Notes: generated by a model not told the origin, from the sequence alone. Counted from the stretch's first letter, positions 14,060-28,279 are shown. The stretch: 64,000 bases of DNA from Octopus vulgaris (GCA_951406725.2 OX597838.1:5084001-5148000), one strand, 5' to 3'. Translations and numbers: made by a program.

Positions 14060-14582
14060 TGTGTGTGTGTATACATACATGTATACATACATATATACAT
14101 ACATATATTTACATACATAGATACATGGATACATACATATATATATACATACATAAATTTATGTATTTGCTTTGGAAGATTCTTGATGTGAAATCATATA
14201 CTGATATAGATATTTTTATATTTCTGCATGGTCCTATTTTTTGTTTGTTCAAGACACAAATGCACTCCATGTTCTTTCTTCAGGTCTCATCTTATTCTCT
14301 TTAGACGATTCTGGCTTAAGTGAGCACTAAAATAGTAAAAATAATAAATGCGCCCTTTTAAAGCCTAGCCAGGCTCATGGGCCCGGTTTCCCGGTTTCAA
14401 TGGCGTATGTGTTCCTCAGCTGGACGGGACGCCAGTCCATCGCAGCGTTACACATTTTTGCCAGCTGCTTGGACTGGAGCAATGTGAAATGAAGTGTTTT
14501 GCTGAAGAACACAACGCGTAACCCGGTCCAGGAATTTGATCTCACAACGCAGCGATGGTCGAACCAAATCCGAAGTGAATAA
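13920..14582. repeat. Perfect 89-bp inverted repeat (arms 13920-14008 and 14494-14582)
   Basis: ttattcacttcggatttgg...ttcagcaaaacac is the exact reverse complement of gtgttttgctgaagaac...ccgaagtgaataa. Confidence 0.95.
14345..14560 (-). mobile_element. tRNA-derived SINE (head D + tail Y)
   Basis: Tail gggcccggtttcccggtttc..tggcgtat..gttcc.ca.ctggacgggacgcc.gtcc.tcgcag is shared with 52003-52305, and the head is shared with D-type copies. Confidence 0.85.
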
Positions 14583-15043
14583 CGAATATATAGTGAGCGT
14601 ATTTATTTAGCAAAAGCAAACGCCTGAAATATAAACAACAAAAACCCTGGCATACAACAATACGCTTCAGCACACGATTGCACATAAGGAATGTTACGCA
14701 GGCATATACCTAAACGTATATTTAAATTCACGTACCTACATTTCCTGATAATTTATAGCTAATATTTTCATTGAGAACCTACAAGATTCACAGATGTGTT
14801 GTAGCCTTCAGTTGACATTTATGTTCAGCAAAACGAAGCAAATGTTTTGATAGTGAAGTGTGACAAACAGTCACAGCCCTCAGGTTAGCCTCCTTACAAA
14901 CACGTTCAAGCAACACCTCATCATTTTCTTACAAGATTCGATGTTATGTTTTCAAGAACCACTTATCCAACAATTTAGGATTCGCCAGGTTTGCTGTAAG
15001 AAATCCCACTTGTATGACATCTTACCTGTTTAAAATTTTACCT

Positions 15044-15396
15044 GAGTGGCTGTGTGGTAAGTAGATTGCTTACCAACCACTTATTTCCGTGTTCAGTCCC
15101 ATTGCGTGGCACCTTGGGCAAGTGTCTTCTACTATAGCCTCGGGCCGACCAATGCCTTGAGAGTGGATTTGATAGACAGAAACTGAAAGAAGCCTGTCGT
15201 ATATATGTATGTGTATATATATATGTGTGTGATAACCGATGCTGATGTGATTACATCCCCGTAACTTAGCGGTTCGGCAAAAGAGACCGATAGAATAAGT
15301 ACTAGGCGTACAAAGAATAAGTTCTGGGGTCGATGTGCTCGACTAAAGGCGGTGCTCCAGCATGGCCGCAGTCAAATGACTGAAACAAGTAAAAGA

Positions 15397-15398
<2 letters not shown>
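15044..15398 (+). mobile_element. Near full-length SINE family B (CORE-like)
   Basis: tRNA-like head gagtggctgtgtggtaag...gttcagtccc, CORE-like accttgggcaagtgtctt, internal (TA/TG)n, and 3' end gcatggccgcagtcaaatgactgaaacaagtaaaaga. Confidence 0.9.
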
Positions 15399-15427
<29 letters not shown>

Positions 15428-16030
15428 ATACGTGTGTGTGTCTGCGTGGTCGTATGTATATATGTATGTATGATCTATATATGTATGTGTGTGTGCATGT
15501 ATGTTTATTATTAGTGTGTATAGGAAAGACTTGTGTAATTATTGCTATGTTTTTCCTCCATCGATGCTAGATCGTGTAACATATGAGATTTCGTACATCT
15601 GTCGCCAATATTCCCAACAAACCTCCCGTTAGGCTATTTTCACTATCAATTCATTTCCTACAATCAATATACATATTGGTATGTATTGAATATACTTGAC
15701 GCTGGTACATACGCCAGCACATCCCAACACATATGTGCACGTACACACACACGCATACACACACGCACTCACACACGCACACACACACACGCGTATATAT
15801 ATGTATATATATATATTTATACACATATATATGTATGTATATATATATATTTAGATATATACACCTGCATATATATGCACAAATATGTTTAAATATGCAA
15901 TATGACTACGTACCATCCTACACACACACTTATAAACGCTTACATATATTTCTATAGATATACATATGTATACATATGCATATTTATCCACCTATATTCA
16001 CATATTTATATATAAATAATAAATACACAT

Positions 16031-16078
<48 letters not shown>

Positions 16079-16568
16079 ATATTTATAAATATATATATAT
16101 TTATATGTATATATACACATGTATGTATACATATTTATATATATATGGTGTGTGTGTGTGTGTGTGTGTCTGTGTGTCACTACTTTGCTGTTGACAGATA
16201 ATGGAATTTGACAATACCTTGGGTTGTTCCAATTATTTTCACCAAAAAGATGTTCTGATATTCTTTTCGTATTAACTCAGTCACTTCCTTCCCAACACCT
16301 TCCTCCCTCAATGATAACATTACTTTAAAAAAATCCAGCTACTGTTTTTTTTTTTTTTTTGTTGCCATAACGTGAAACACACATACATACGCATACTCAC
16401 ACGTACACACACACACGTGTAACTAAATGGTAAAGTGTTAAAATATATAACGTTCGACCACATTATTAACGACAGCAACACGCGGATTCCTCGTCTCCTG
16501 GTGTAGTTACTGACTGGTTTTGTAGAATCGTTTAGTTTGATTTGCTCTTGAAATAAATGCACCCTTTC

Positions 16569-17006
16569 TTGCGTTCTGAGTTCAAATTCCGCCGAGGTCG
16601 ACTTTGTCTTTCATCCTTTCGGGGTTGATAAATTAAGTACCTATTTCTTTACTACCCACAAGAGGCTAAACACAGAGGGTACAAACAAGGACAGACAAAC
16701 AGAATTAAGTCGATTATATCGACCCCAGTGCGTAACTGGTACTTATTTAATCGACACCGAAAGGATGAAAGGCAAAGTCGACCTCGGCGGAATTTGAACT
16801 CAGAACGTAACGGCAGACGAAATACCGTTAAGCATTTCGCCCGACATGCTAACGTTTCTGCCACTTCGCCGCCTTAAATAAAATAAATAAAATTTAAATA
16901 AATTAAGTTCCAGTTACGCACTGGAGTCGATGTAATCGACTTAATCCGTTTGTCTATCCTTGTTTGTCCCCTCTGTGTTTAGCCCCTTGTGTGTAGTTAA
17001 GAAATA
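16569..17006. mobile_element. Plus-strand SINE A interrupted by an antisense full-length SINE A (16642-16874)
   Basis: The host breaks at ...ataaattaagtacc| and resumes at about 16898 ataaattaagttccagttacgcac. The insert is the reverse complement of the same family. Confidence 0.9.
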
Positions 17007-17062
17007 AGTAGGACCACATTTAAATTTGACCTCTAATCTACTCCCGTTTCCTTCTCAGACGA

Positions 17063-17354
17063 AGACGCGTGGCTAAATGAAATGGAAATTAGGCTGACAT
17101 TTCAATACCTGGTGGCACGTTGTGTCATTGGGCAAAACACTCTTCCACGATGTTCCTGCATATTGAACTAGCAAAAATGAGTAGTACTTGTCTTTCAGGG
17201 TGACAGTCTTTTCACTTTCTGTGTCATGCTGAAGCACCCCGAAGGGTACTCATATCTGTGAAGTGCTCGGCCACTTGCACGTTAATTTTATGAGTACGCT
17301 ATTCCGTTGATTGGATCACCTGGAACCATTGTCGTCGCAACCGACGGAGTGCCA
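17063..17354 (+). mobile_element. Decayed SINE (head D + tail X)
   Basis: gacgcgtggct...gttgtgtcattgggcaaaacact...ggaaccattgtcgtcgcaaccgacggagtgcc. Confidence 0.8.
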
Positions 17355-17559
17355 CTTAATTTTGCTTTCGATTCCTTCTCAAAAACTTTCTGCGTTCTCG
17401 AAGATTTCTTTTCGATTTCTTCCACCCACTTCTGAACATATTATTTATGGTTTTGGAGGTGTAAATTCTTGGCAAGTGATTTAATCCGAGAACGTGTGTT
17501 GAAACTAAATCGATGACGCATAGGACTTTCAAATCTTGACACAAAGTTAGCAAATTCGA

Positions 17560-17942
17560 TGAAGAGGATAAGAAAATCGACTCCAGTACTCAACTGGTAT
17601 TTATTTTTATCGAACCCCAATTTACGAGAAGCAAAGTCGTTCCTCAGCTTAATTTGAACTCAGACCGTAAAGACGGATGAAATGTCGGTTAGCATTTCGT
17701 TAACTATGCTAACGGTTCTGCCAGCTCACAGACTCTCTCTTCTTTAATATTGTTTCCAAATTTTGGCAAAATGCTAGGAAGTTCAGGAAAGGAGTTAAGT
17801 CGATTAGATTTGACCCTAGTACTAACTGGTACTTATTTTATCGACCTCAAAAGGATAAATGGTCAAATCGAACCCGGCGGAATTTGAACTCAAAGCTTAA
17901 AGAGGAATGAAATACCTACTAAGCATTTCGCCAGCTCACCGT
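17560..17942 (-). mobile_element. Two old SINE A copies
   Basis: actggta.ttatttt.tcga...aatttgaactca...agcatttcg occurs twice. Confidence 0.8.
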
Positions 17943-18334
17943 CTGTAGAAGACACCTTTAAGCCATTCAAATCCACACAAAAACTGTTAATTACACGTTG
18001 ATATTTAACCATCACCCGCCTCACCAATAATCATAGAACGGGCTTCTGATAGTTTCCGTCTCTCGTTTGCACTAACACGTAAATACGCCTCCATCAAAGA
18101 AAAACTTGGTAACGTCCGGCACCAGGTAGTCCAGTGAGAAGACCACCGTGCATGGATGGCTCGACAGGCCTGTTTCGACTTCAAAATATTTTGGCTTGTT
18201 CTGTGTAAGAGAGCGACGTCAAACAAAGAATTTTGCTCATGACATTGCCCGGATCAGGAATCGAAACCGCAGTCTTACGAAGTATAACACCCCTAACCAC
18301 AAAGCTACACGCCTAAAATGATCTTCTTTCTAAA

Positions 18335-18920
18335 TTTTACTTGTTTCACTCGTTAGATTGCGGTCATGTTGGAGCATCTCTTGAAGGATTTTTAATAGAC
18401 TGATTCGGCGCCAATTCTTTTCTTAAAGTCTGTTACATATTGTGTCGGTCTTTTGCCGAAACCCTAGGTTACAGATTGTAAACACACCAACACCGTTTGT
18501 CAAGCGGCGGTAGGCGACAAACATATAAACACACACACAGATGCAGATACATACACACAAACAAACACACACACACAGACACGCACACCCAAATGCAGAT
18601 ACATACAGATACGACACGCACTCAGAGACACACACACACTCACTCACAACACAGATTACACACACACGGGCACACACACACAAATCACATATACACGCAC
18701 AGACACACAGACACACACAACACAGACATAAACAGACACACATAGACACGCACCCGCACACAGACTCACACACACACGCACGCACACACACAAGAATACC
18801 AGACTTTGGTTGGCCTGAGGCTTTAGCAGAAGACACTTCCTTAACATACACACCACAGGATTGAACCCAGAACCATACTTCTGGGAAGGGATGTTCTTAC
18901 TACACAGCCACGCCTACACC
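18335..18920 (-). mobile_element. SINE family B with expanded internal (CA)n
   Basis: 3' end ttttacttgtttca at about 18335, 5' end tacacagccacgcctacacc at about 18920. Confidence 0.8.
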
Positions 18921-19339
18921 AATAGAAAAAAATTCAACAATGCTTACTGCTATTTCTAGCAAATTAAATAACCACATAGATGGCCTACTCATTGATTCAA
19001 TGTACATTTATATTTAGCATAACACTGTAGCATATGCCCTAAATTTGCAGTCGTAATAGCTGCCCATATATCACGGAATTTATGCAGTTTATATGGATGT
19101 GACCAACCTGATGCATAATTGAGGTCCTGAATCAATGCTAATAATGTGGAAACGGCGTATTTAGGTATTCTGCGGAGAACGTTCCATTATGTCTCTGAAT
19201 TTATTGACATGGAAAATTGTTCATTCGATTTGTAGATTCATTGTCCTAACACACAAAGAGAGACATTGCCTTCTTCTTTTCTCCTTTTCTCACACTCACA
19301 AATTCTGCTAATATGCATGTAACAATACTCGATATTCAT

Positions 19340-19409
<70 letters not shown>

Positions 19410-19569
19410 GTATGTATTTATTTATGTATATATGTAAGAATTCATATTGATATATATATATATATAGATATATCAATATTATATGCTTATGTATACAAGC
19501 ATTAAGGATATGCATGTATATAGATATATACATATATATTTCTATATGCATGTGTATATATCTCCCCAC

Positions 19570-19610
<41 letters not shown>

Positions 19611-19794
19611 AATTCGTATTTAGATCCGTATATTTACATAATTATACGTGTACACACACATACACGCGTACATATAAATATATATGCAGGTGTATATGTA
19701 TACACATATGTGTATAGGCACATATATGCAGTTATGAATATACATATATAGGCATATTCCATCGTACGTACGTAATATGCATGATTATAATGTG

Positions 19795-19842
<48 letters not shown>

Positions 19843-20467
19843 ATGAGGGAAAGTGATAGATAGATAGAGAGAAGGAGGGAGAAAGTCATTGAAATGAATT
19901 GAGAAAGAGAGAATGAAAGAAAGAACGAAGTGTTTCAACTTAGTATATTTCGCTGTTATTATGCAAGTATCGCAATTGGTGGCTGGTTGAGTGGCAACGA
20001 GATAAATTCTTTCTAATAACTGCTGTGTCACACGAAAGATTCGAATAAATATGAAGCATTCATCTACCATGGTAAATCTATCTGACTAGAATCACAATCA
20101 AAAGTACGCGTCACGCATGACTAAAAGATGCCTTCGATAAATTACGACTACGTTACCATTACAATGAAAGTCAATAGACTTCCAGAAATTCCATAGCGAG
20201 AATACCAAATTATTCTGGATTATCTCAGGTTCAAAGGTGAATTTCTATCGATATGGCTCTCAGTTAATGCTGGCAATGCGTTAAAGGTTATTATGTGATC
20301 GGTTACAGAATGTTACAAATTTGAATGTTGTATCCTCGTGATATACGTTCAATCCCAGTTAGAAAATATTCGTTTTAAGGCATTACTCACATTTTTGAAA
20401 TTTTCTTTCGCTTTCTAGCATCAGGTCATCCCTGACTGAGCAATCATCTTAGTCTTATCTCCTCCCG

Positions 20468-20775
20468 TGTGAAAGCGCGTGGCTGAGAGGTTAGTGTATT
20501 CAGCTCACGGTTTTAGGGCTGTGAGATCGAATACCGGCGGTACATTAAATCCTTGAGCAAGACACTCTTTCTCCCGTTGCTGCATACTACTCTGCTGACA
20601 AAAAGGAGTACCGTCACGCTAGATACTGCGGAATATTTCTGTGCCACACTGATTATTTCGGAGAACCCTGTTAAGGGTGCGCATGCCTGAGAGGAGCTCA
20701 GCCACTTACAAGTTAATCAGGTTGTTCCGCTGTTGTTTCGGATCAGCTTGAGCCCTCGTCGTCGTAACCGACAGA
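20468..20775 (+). mobile_element. Decayed SINE (head D + tail X)
   Basis: gcgcgtggctgagaggttag...ccttgagcaagacact...gccctcgtcgtcgtaaccgac. Confidence 0.8.
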
Positions 20776-20777
20776 GA

Positions 20778-20945
20778 GTTGGTTCTTCCAGTCCAGTTGG
20801 CCGATACATCTGGCAGCAAGACGTCTCCATTCATCCCAGTTTTGTGCAGTGTCACCAACATCTTCATAGACGATGCTAAATTGCTTCAGGTCTTCATTGA
20901 AAATGACACTCCATGTTCTTTTCTTCGCCTTGTTGGTGCTACCTA
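20778..20945 (-). mobile_element. 3'-terminal fragment of an RTE-like LINE
   Basis: Translation KAKKRTWSVIFNEDLKQFSIVYEDVGDTAQNWDEWRRLAARC resembles the RTE-clade C-terminal pattern (GRP..TW...EDL...A.DR..WR). Confidence 0.6.
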
Positions 20946-20964
20946 TTTTATAGCTGTATGAAGT

Positions 20965-21172
20965 ATTGACTTCAACTTTCGGCACAAAGGAAGTAATCAG
21001 TGGGGTAGGTGGTAAGTCGATTATATCGATCCTAGTGATCAACTGGTACATATTTTATCGACCACAAAAGAATGATAGCAAAATCGACCTCAGTGAAATC
21101 TGTACTAGGAAAGACCGACGAAATACTGCTAAGCATGTTTCCCAGCGCGGTAACCACTCTGCCAGCACGCCG
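20965..21172 (-). mobile_element. Old SINE A copy
   Basis: gtcgattatatcgatcctagtg...actggtac...cgaaatactgctaagcat...tctgccagcacgcc. Confidence 0.8.
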
Positions 21173-21479
21173 TGTTATATACAATGAAATATTAGATTCC
21201 TAAAAAAGTTGTTTTCTATTCCGAATTGCTTCCTTTTATCTTAATATTTTTCTTCTATTCAGTCCACTACTTTACTCCTACTCTAAAATATGAGACCAAT
21301 TAACTGATTTTAATTAATTGATCTTTGACACAATCTGCAATATATTTGGCAATGGCTTGGGTCTTTTTATTTAGAAAACAAAATCCTTTTCGTTATCGTT
21401 TGTAGAATTCATTGCTGTCAAGGCAACTTGCTTTAATTTTGTAATCCATTTAGCCAATCATCTGCTACGCCCATTATTC

Positions 21480-22010
21480 TTCGGAAGCTTGTGATGTTCG
21501 AATCTTAAGGCCCCTCCTTCAGAGGATCCTATCAGAAGCAGCCTTTATTAGACTTGGCAGCTGGATTCAAAAGCGTGGCCAACTGAGGTTGTGGATATTA
21601 TCCAACCATCCCATTCTTTGCCTACTGCATAGGTCTCCTGCAAATTGGCTCAGCTTGAAGCATCTGTCTGCGATTCTATCCTACGATATTCTGATCATGG
21701 CGGCGAGATGGTAGAAACGTTAGCACGCCGGGCGAAATGCGTAGTCGTATTTCGTCTGCCGTTACGTTCTGAGTTCAAATTCCGCCGAGGTTGACTTTGC
21801 CTTTCATCCTTTCGGGATCGATTAAATAAGTACCAGTTACGCACTGGGGTCGATATAATCGACTTAATCCGTGTGTTTTCCTTGTTCGTCCCCTCTGTGT
21901 TTAGCCCCTTGTGGGTGGTAAATAAATAGATATTCTGATCACATGTTTATTATACCGGAGATGTGTCCTCAACGTGCAGAGTAGTAGCGGCGTGACCCCA
22001 AGAACACCTT
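21480..22010 (-). mobile_element. RTE-like LINE 3' remnant, split by a SINE insertion
   Basis: After removing the SINE the minus strand reads LRYNKHVIRIS*DRIA...RQRMGWLDNIHNLSW (cf. LRYFGHV.RM...GRPR.RW.D). Same family as 48100-48900. Confidence 0.65.
21698..21928 (+). mobile_element. Full-length young SINE A with a 13-bp TSD
   Basis: GATATTCTGATCA at 21685-21697 and 21929-21941. Confidence 0.95.
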
Positions 22011-22989
22011 GATTTCAACGGTACACAAATTGTCGAATAACGTTACTCCAGAGATCCTTAGGGGCATTTTCTAATTGTTCTTTTAAATTTAGAGAAAAGG
22101 CTTTTGTTTCCTTCAAAAGTAAACTTTTTTGCTTGCTACCATGACTTTTGTTATCCAACGCCTGATACATTATACTAATTTTCAATGTATAACCAACCGG
22201 CACCTCTCGGTGACTTATGCTATAGTCCAGAGTAAGCTATAAGTTTTGTTTGGTTAGTATTTTACTCTTTACTTTGTAACAGATGTTGCTGCTTCAACTC
22301 ATATATATATATACAATTCTATTTTCGATTGAAAGCGGGGAATATCTTATTTGGTAATTCGAGATCAGAAGACAGAAACCGGAGCTAAAATCCACTTCAC
22401 CATTCCTGCTCATAAGTAGATATCATTAAGCTTCTGTTGTTACTGCTTCTCCTATTGCTGTTTATCTCGAGATGAGACCTGATCGACTAGACGTGTGATC
22501 AAAAGATTTTAGCTGTGAGCTTCTCCTCGTTGTTGAAGAGATGCTGAAGTCTATATTATCTAACTTATTTACGAAGGTACGATAAGAATTCAATTAGTTC
22601 TGTCGGTTATTTCTGACTGTCGAAGTAACACCGCCAAAATTCCTTTGTTGTCTCTGATATTATTACGTAAAGGACAGAAGAGAAGAATCGGTGGATTGTG
22701 TAGTCCTTGGGGGGATGTAAAGCATAGTTAAATATGTACAGAGCCGTAATTTATGTTGTATTAGTATCAAAGTTTGCTTGTATATATCAGGAAGTGAGAG
22801 TGTGTGAATCGATCGGGTAAGTCTTTCGGATACAATGCAGTGATCTATATATATATGAATGTGTAACTGTATCGTAGTAATAGATAGAGGAGCAATTCTC
22901 CATTACGTGAAGTAGAGATTGTGAGCGTAGATCCAATGAAGTTGATCGTAATACACGATTGATAACATATTTAATGTATAAAAGTAGCG

Positions 22990-23236
22990 ATTTGGAAAGA
23001 TCGCTGGAACGTTCGGCAAAATGCTTAGCTCTATCTTTGCACGTCTTTAAGTGCAAAAGTTCAAATTCCGCCGAGGCCAACTATGTGTTTCATCCATTCT
23101 GGATCGATAAAATAGTTACCAGATGAGCACTGGGGTCTATGTAGTCGGCTTAACCCTACCCGAAATTGCTGGCCGTGTGCCACAATCATCATCATCATCA
23201 TCATCATAGTCATCCTCCTCCTCCTCCTCCTCCTCC

Positions 23237-23272
<36 letters not shown>

Positions 23273-23835
23273 GTGGATTTGGTAGACGGAAACTGAAAGA
23301 AGTCCGTTTTCCATATAAACGAGTGTGTCTTTGTGTTTGTCCCTACATTACCGTTTGACAACCAGCGTTGTTGCACTTATGACCCCATAACTTAACGGCT
23401 CGGTAAAAGAGCCCGATAGAATAGATACTAGGTTTAAAAGACTTGCTGGGAACGATTTGTTCGATTGAAACCCTTCCAGTATGGCCACACTGAAATGAGT
23501 AAGTCAAGTGAAAGAATGAACTATGTGTGTGTGTGTGTGTGTATGTATGTATATTAATTAATTCTACCCTTTATTATTGACATACCGAACACTGCTCGGT
23601 CGAATTAATTAATAATTAATTAATTTTACCCTTTTTTATTGACTGTATGTATATATATGTATGTAAATATGATGGCCGTCTTTCAGTTTCCGTCTACAAA
23701 ACCCACTAACACAGCTTTGTTTGGCCCGAGGCAACAGTAGAAACGACACGTTCGTGGTCATGGTTACCCACAATACAGGGACCGAACCCGAAAACCTGCT
23801 GGTTGGGTAGCAAAGTACTTAACCACAAAGCCATG
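22990..23835. mobile_element. Cluster of SINE fragments: A (+, about 22990-23183), B 3' part (+, about 23270-23517), B 5' part (-, about 23670-23835)
   Basis: Family-diagnostic motifs ttcaaattccgccgagg, gtggatttggtagacggaaactgaaagaag and tttcagtttccgtctac. Confidence 0.8.
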
Positions 23836-24225
23836 ACAGTAATTTTATTACACAGTGAAACACTGAACACATTGAAAAGGTGCCACCCGCCCTTCCCAAG
23901 ATATTCAGATTTGTAAATAATAAATCAAAGAGAACGGAAAATACGACATAGTGGCCATCATGGCATTCTCTAAGAATTACTAGATAAAGGGAAATGACTT
24001 TCTTCACAATGGAATAGTTTTAATATGGGTAACAACAATGTCTAGTGGCCGAATCAATAGCGTGTGCATAGAGAGAACGGTCCGGTTCGATGATTTATAT
24101 CTAATATAATAAACCGAATATCGGAATATTAGTTGATTCCAGCTAAGTAGAATAATTTTGCAGTTTATTCAAATTGAGAGTACAAATTCACACTAAATGG
24201 GAAGCAACTTGAATGTAAGTGCCTG

Positions 24226-24437
<212 letters not shown>

Positions 24438-24879
24438 CCTGTCTGTCTGTCTATCAATCTATCTGTCTACCTACCTATCTATCTGTCAATATATCCATCT
24501 ATCTATCTGTCTGTGTGTCTGTCTATATTATCTACCTAGTTACCCACATATCTATATGGCTATCAATCTATCCATTGATGTATGTATGTATGTATATATG
24601 TATGTATGTATGCATCTATTATGTATCTATCTATTTAACTATCTATTTTTCTCTGTCTCTATCTTTCTCCATAAAAACACACACACACATACACCTATGT
24701 ACGTCTACAGGTATAAAGCAAGAAGAATAAGTTTTCTCCTTGTATTACATCAATTTACAATTGTTTCACCTAAATTCGATCTCATATTATTCCATAATAC
24801 AGCATGATTAATGAGATCGGTAGTAAATGATTCCATAATTGCTGCATATAACAGGAACAGGCTAAGGATAGTCGTTCAA

Positions 24880-26040
24880 TTTATACTCTCTTCCCTTGAT
24901 CCATTACTTTAGAAACTGGAAGCTTTGAGGGGCATCCAGCGTAATCTACTGTGTAGAAGGACAGTAATGGCGTATATGGACGATATCTTCACCTAGTAGG
25001 TGATGCCATTAGGGAATACGAAGAGGTATCAGGGGCAAAAATATACTGTGAGAAGTCGGTCGACCTGCAGTCAGCACCTGGAGAGGCGGGTCGATGCCAT
25101 CCAACAACGTCGCAGGGAATTCGACAGATGGCCCAGTGAAATTGCTCGGAATCCGGTTCGGTTCAGACCTCCAAATAGAGAGAAAATGGGGTGAGGTTTC
25201 GAGCAGAGTGGTCAATCTCACCCAAAAATGGGCCGAGAGGAAGCTGTCCCTGAAAGGGAGGGTGGAGGTAGAGAACGTGTTTATCACTTCCGTCATCACC
25301 TACAACCTCACAGTCTGTCTTGACTTGTCCAGTTTCGTGTCTGGTCGAGCTAGAGCGCCTGTTTTTCCCATTTTTGTGGTGACACAGAAGTCCACCGGAC
25401 AGTCACCCAATTTGCTGTGAACTGTCGCTAAATGAAGGGCTGGGTATGTCTTAGCTGAAAATGTGCAGACATGCACTAAGGCCGAGGCGTCGCCAGCTCT
25501 ACTTTGACGGTGAACAGGTATGGTCACCCTTGGCGAAACTAATCTTCCTATAGATCAAGAGTTGACCTAGGTTGGGTGCTTAGCAAGCAGAGTGTCGTCA
25601 GGCCCTCTTGCTTCTCTGCCTGACGGTCAATACAAGCAGCGGGGATTCCACCTTGTATTTGTATAGATGGTTAGTGGCCAGGAAGTGTGATGACGCTCTG
25701 GGAAAACCCTGGGGGAAAATCAGGGCCACGATGACGGTCAACTCACCAGTCTGTTCCGGAGGACGTTCGGGCAGGGGCCCATCGATGACTACCAGAAATC
25801 CTTGGCCTGGCAGTGCTGCCGGAGAGCTCTGACTGTTCGCGATAGACTCTTCAGACACAGATGAGATGAAACACGGTAATGTCCGAGATACGAACAGAGC
25901 AACGGATACATTCTGCACGCTACCGTACAGTGTCCATTCATTTCAGATCTATGACTTTAGGTAGAACACCGGCTGTCGCTTCTGGGAGGAGTATAGCTGT
26001 CAGCTGAGTCTTTCATTAAAATTGTCCCACCTCCTTCCGT
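24880..26040 (+). pseudogene. Tx1/L1-clade non-LTR retrotransposon ORF2 remnant (RT C-terminus, thumb, zf-RVT-like region)
   Basis: LDPLL*KLEALRGI...AYMDDI (catalytic YxDD), YEEVSGAKI, PVKLLGIRFG...KWAERKLSLKGRV, then SLAWQCCRRALTVRDRL. Contains stops and frameshifts. Confidence 0.88.
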
Positions 26041-26196
26041 TTGCTCAAGAACACAACGCAACGCCCGGTCTGGGAATCGAACGCATGATCTCGCAGTCGT
26101 GAGTGCAATACTCTAACCACTAATTCATGCGCATTCACTATATATATATATAATAAGTATATGTATATCAATCAATCTATCTATCTATCTCCCAAT

Positions 26197-26336
<140 letters not shown>

Positions 26337-26423
26337 TTTGTGATACAATTGGAATGAGAGAGTGAGGGTGTTAAATACAAATCTACTCTATTGCATAATA
26401 AACAGCGCTACTGCCAGTGCTGT

Positions 26424-26528
<105 letters not shown>

Positions 26529-26697
26529 CTTCCATTTATCCATCATAGAGTTTACCACTTCATGTCTCACTCGCTATGATATAAATAAATTCTAGCAAAC
26601 TGCTCTTGGCGAAACATTGAAACAGCTGTCACATGAGAATTCATTTGTATACACCGGTACCACCTATCCCACCCCCACACAAACACATATACAACTT

Positions 26698-26758
<61 letters not shown>

Positions 26759-27201
26759 GTGTTTGTGTGTGTGTCTGTAAGAATATGTGTGTATTGATGT
26801 ATAATATGCATAATTGGTTACACACACAAACGCATATATATATTTACATACCCATCTGTATATATATATATATATATATATATACATTTATATACATATA
26901 TATATATACATGTATATATATATGCATATATATACATGTATGTATACATATATATATGTATATATATATATGCATATATACCAATATTGTTTATCTATTT
27001 ATGTATATGTATTTATATATATATATGTATGTATATATGCATATATATATGAAAATGTATATATAGGTAGGTATGTATATATATATGTATATATATATAT
27101 ATATATGTCCACATACATGATTGTGCATCTATTTATAGTTGCATATACATACATATTCATGTATATATAGGCATACACATATGCATATGTATGTATGTAT
27201 G

Positions 27202-27267
<66 letters not shown>

Positions 27268-27919
27268 CATATACATTTACATGCACACACTCAGACACAG
27301 ACAAAGACAAACACACACACAGATATATACAGTTAATGTATTTCTGCTGGAATCATTGACATTTAATAGTATGTAGAGACACAAAAATCTGTCTGCGCCG
27401 TCACATTTCTGATGGTGGCAAAATAGTCACTTATTTTAATATCACAATCATTCTTCAGAAGACACAGTTAACATATCACATAGTTATTCCAGTGTAACTG
27501 TGGCGATGGTGCAATGCGAAATCGAAGGAAATTCGCACGATACATTCGCCATAACAAAAACGAAAAATCTGCTGCAAAAATGTTAAGAAATAGAATTGCA
27601 AGAGAATTTTCATTAACTTCGTTAACAGGAATTACGAAATTAAATGTAATTGCTGTTTTGTTTCCTAAGACGAAGATAAGATATGCATGCTTAACTTGCA
27701 CTTAATTTCTATAGAATCAAACATGTCCTGTTAGCAAATCACAATAATAATAGACGCTCGTTGGAATACGGTTTTGAGGTATTATGAAATTGGGAGAACG
27801 TGAAATAATTGTTCTATTGGAATTGAATCTCGAAGCAAATAAATGTATTTAAATATTGGGTTTAAATGGTCCTTTTTGGAACACAAGAATCATGAGATTT
27901 ATGTGCTCCGAGATCCAAT

Positions 27920-28103
27920 TGACAACCGATGTCTGTGTCTTTACATCTCCGTAAATTAGCGGTTCGGCAAAAGGCACCGTTAGAAGAAGTACTAGACTTA
28001 CAAAGAATAAGCCCTGGGTCGATTTGTTAGATTAAGGGCGGTGCTCCAGCATAGCTGCAGCAGACAAGATGACTGAAACAAGTAAAACAATAACCGAATA
28101 AAA

Positions 28104-28105
<2 letters not shown>
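27920..28105 (+). mobile_element. SINE B 3' half
   Basis: gacaaccgatg...ttagcggttcggcaaaag...aagggcggtgctccagcat...gactgaaacaagtaaaa. Confidence 0.85.
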
Positions 28106-28140
<35 letters not shown>

Positions 28141-28156
28141 ATACTTACATACATAA

Positions 28157-28279
<123 letters not shown>

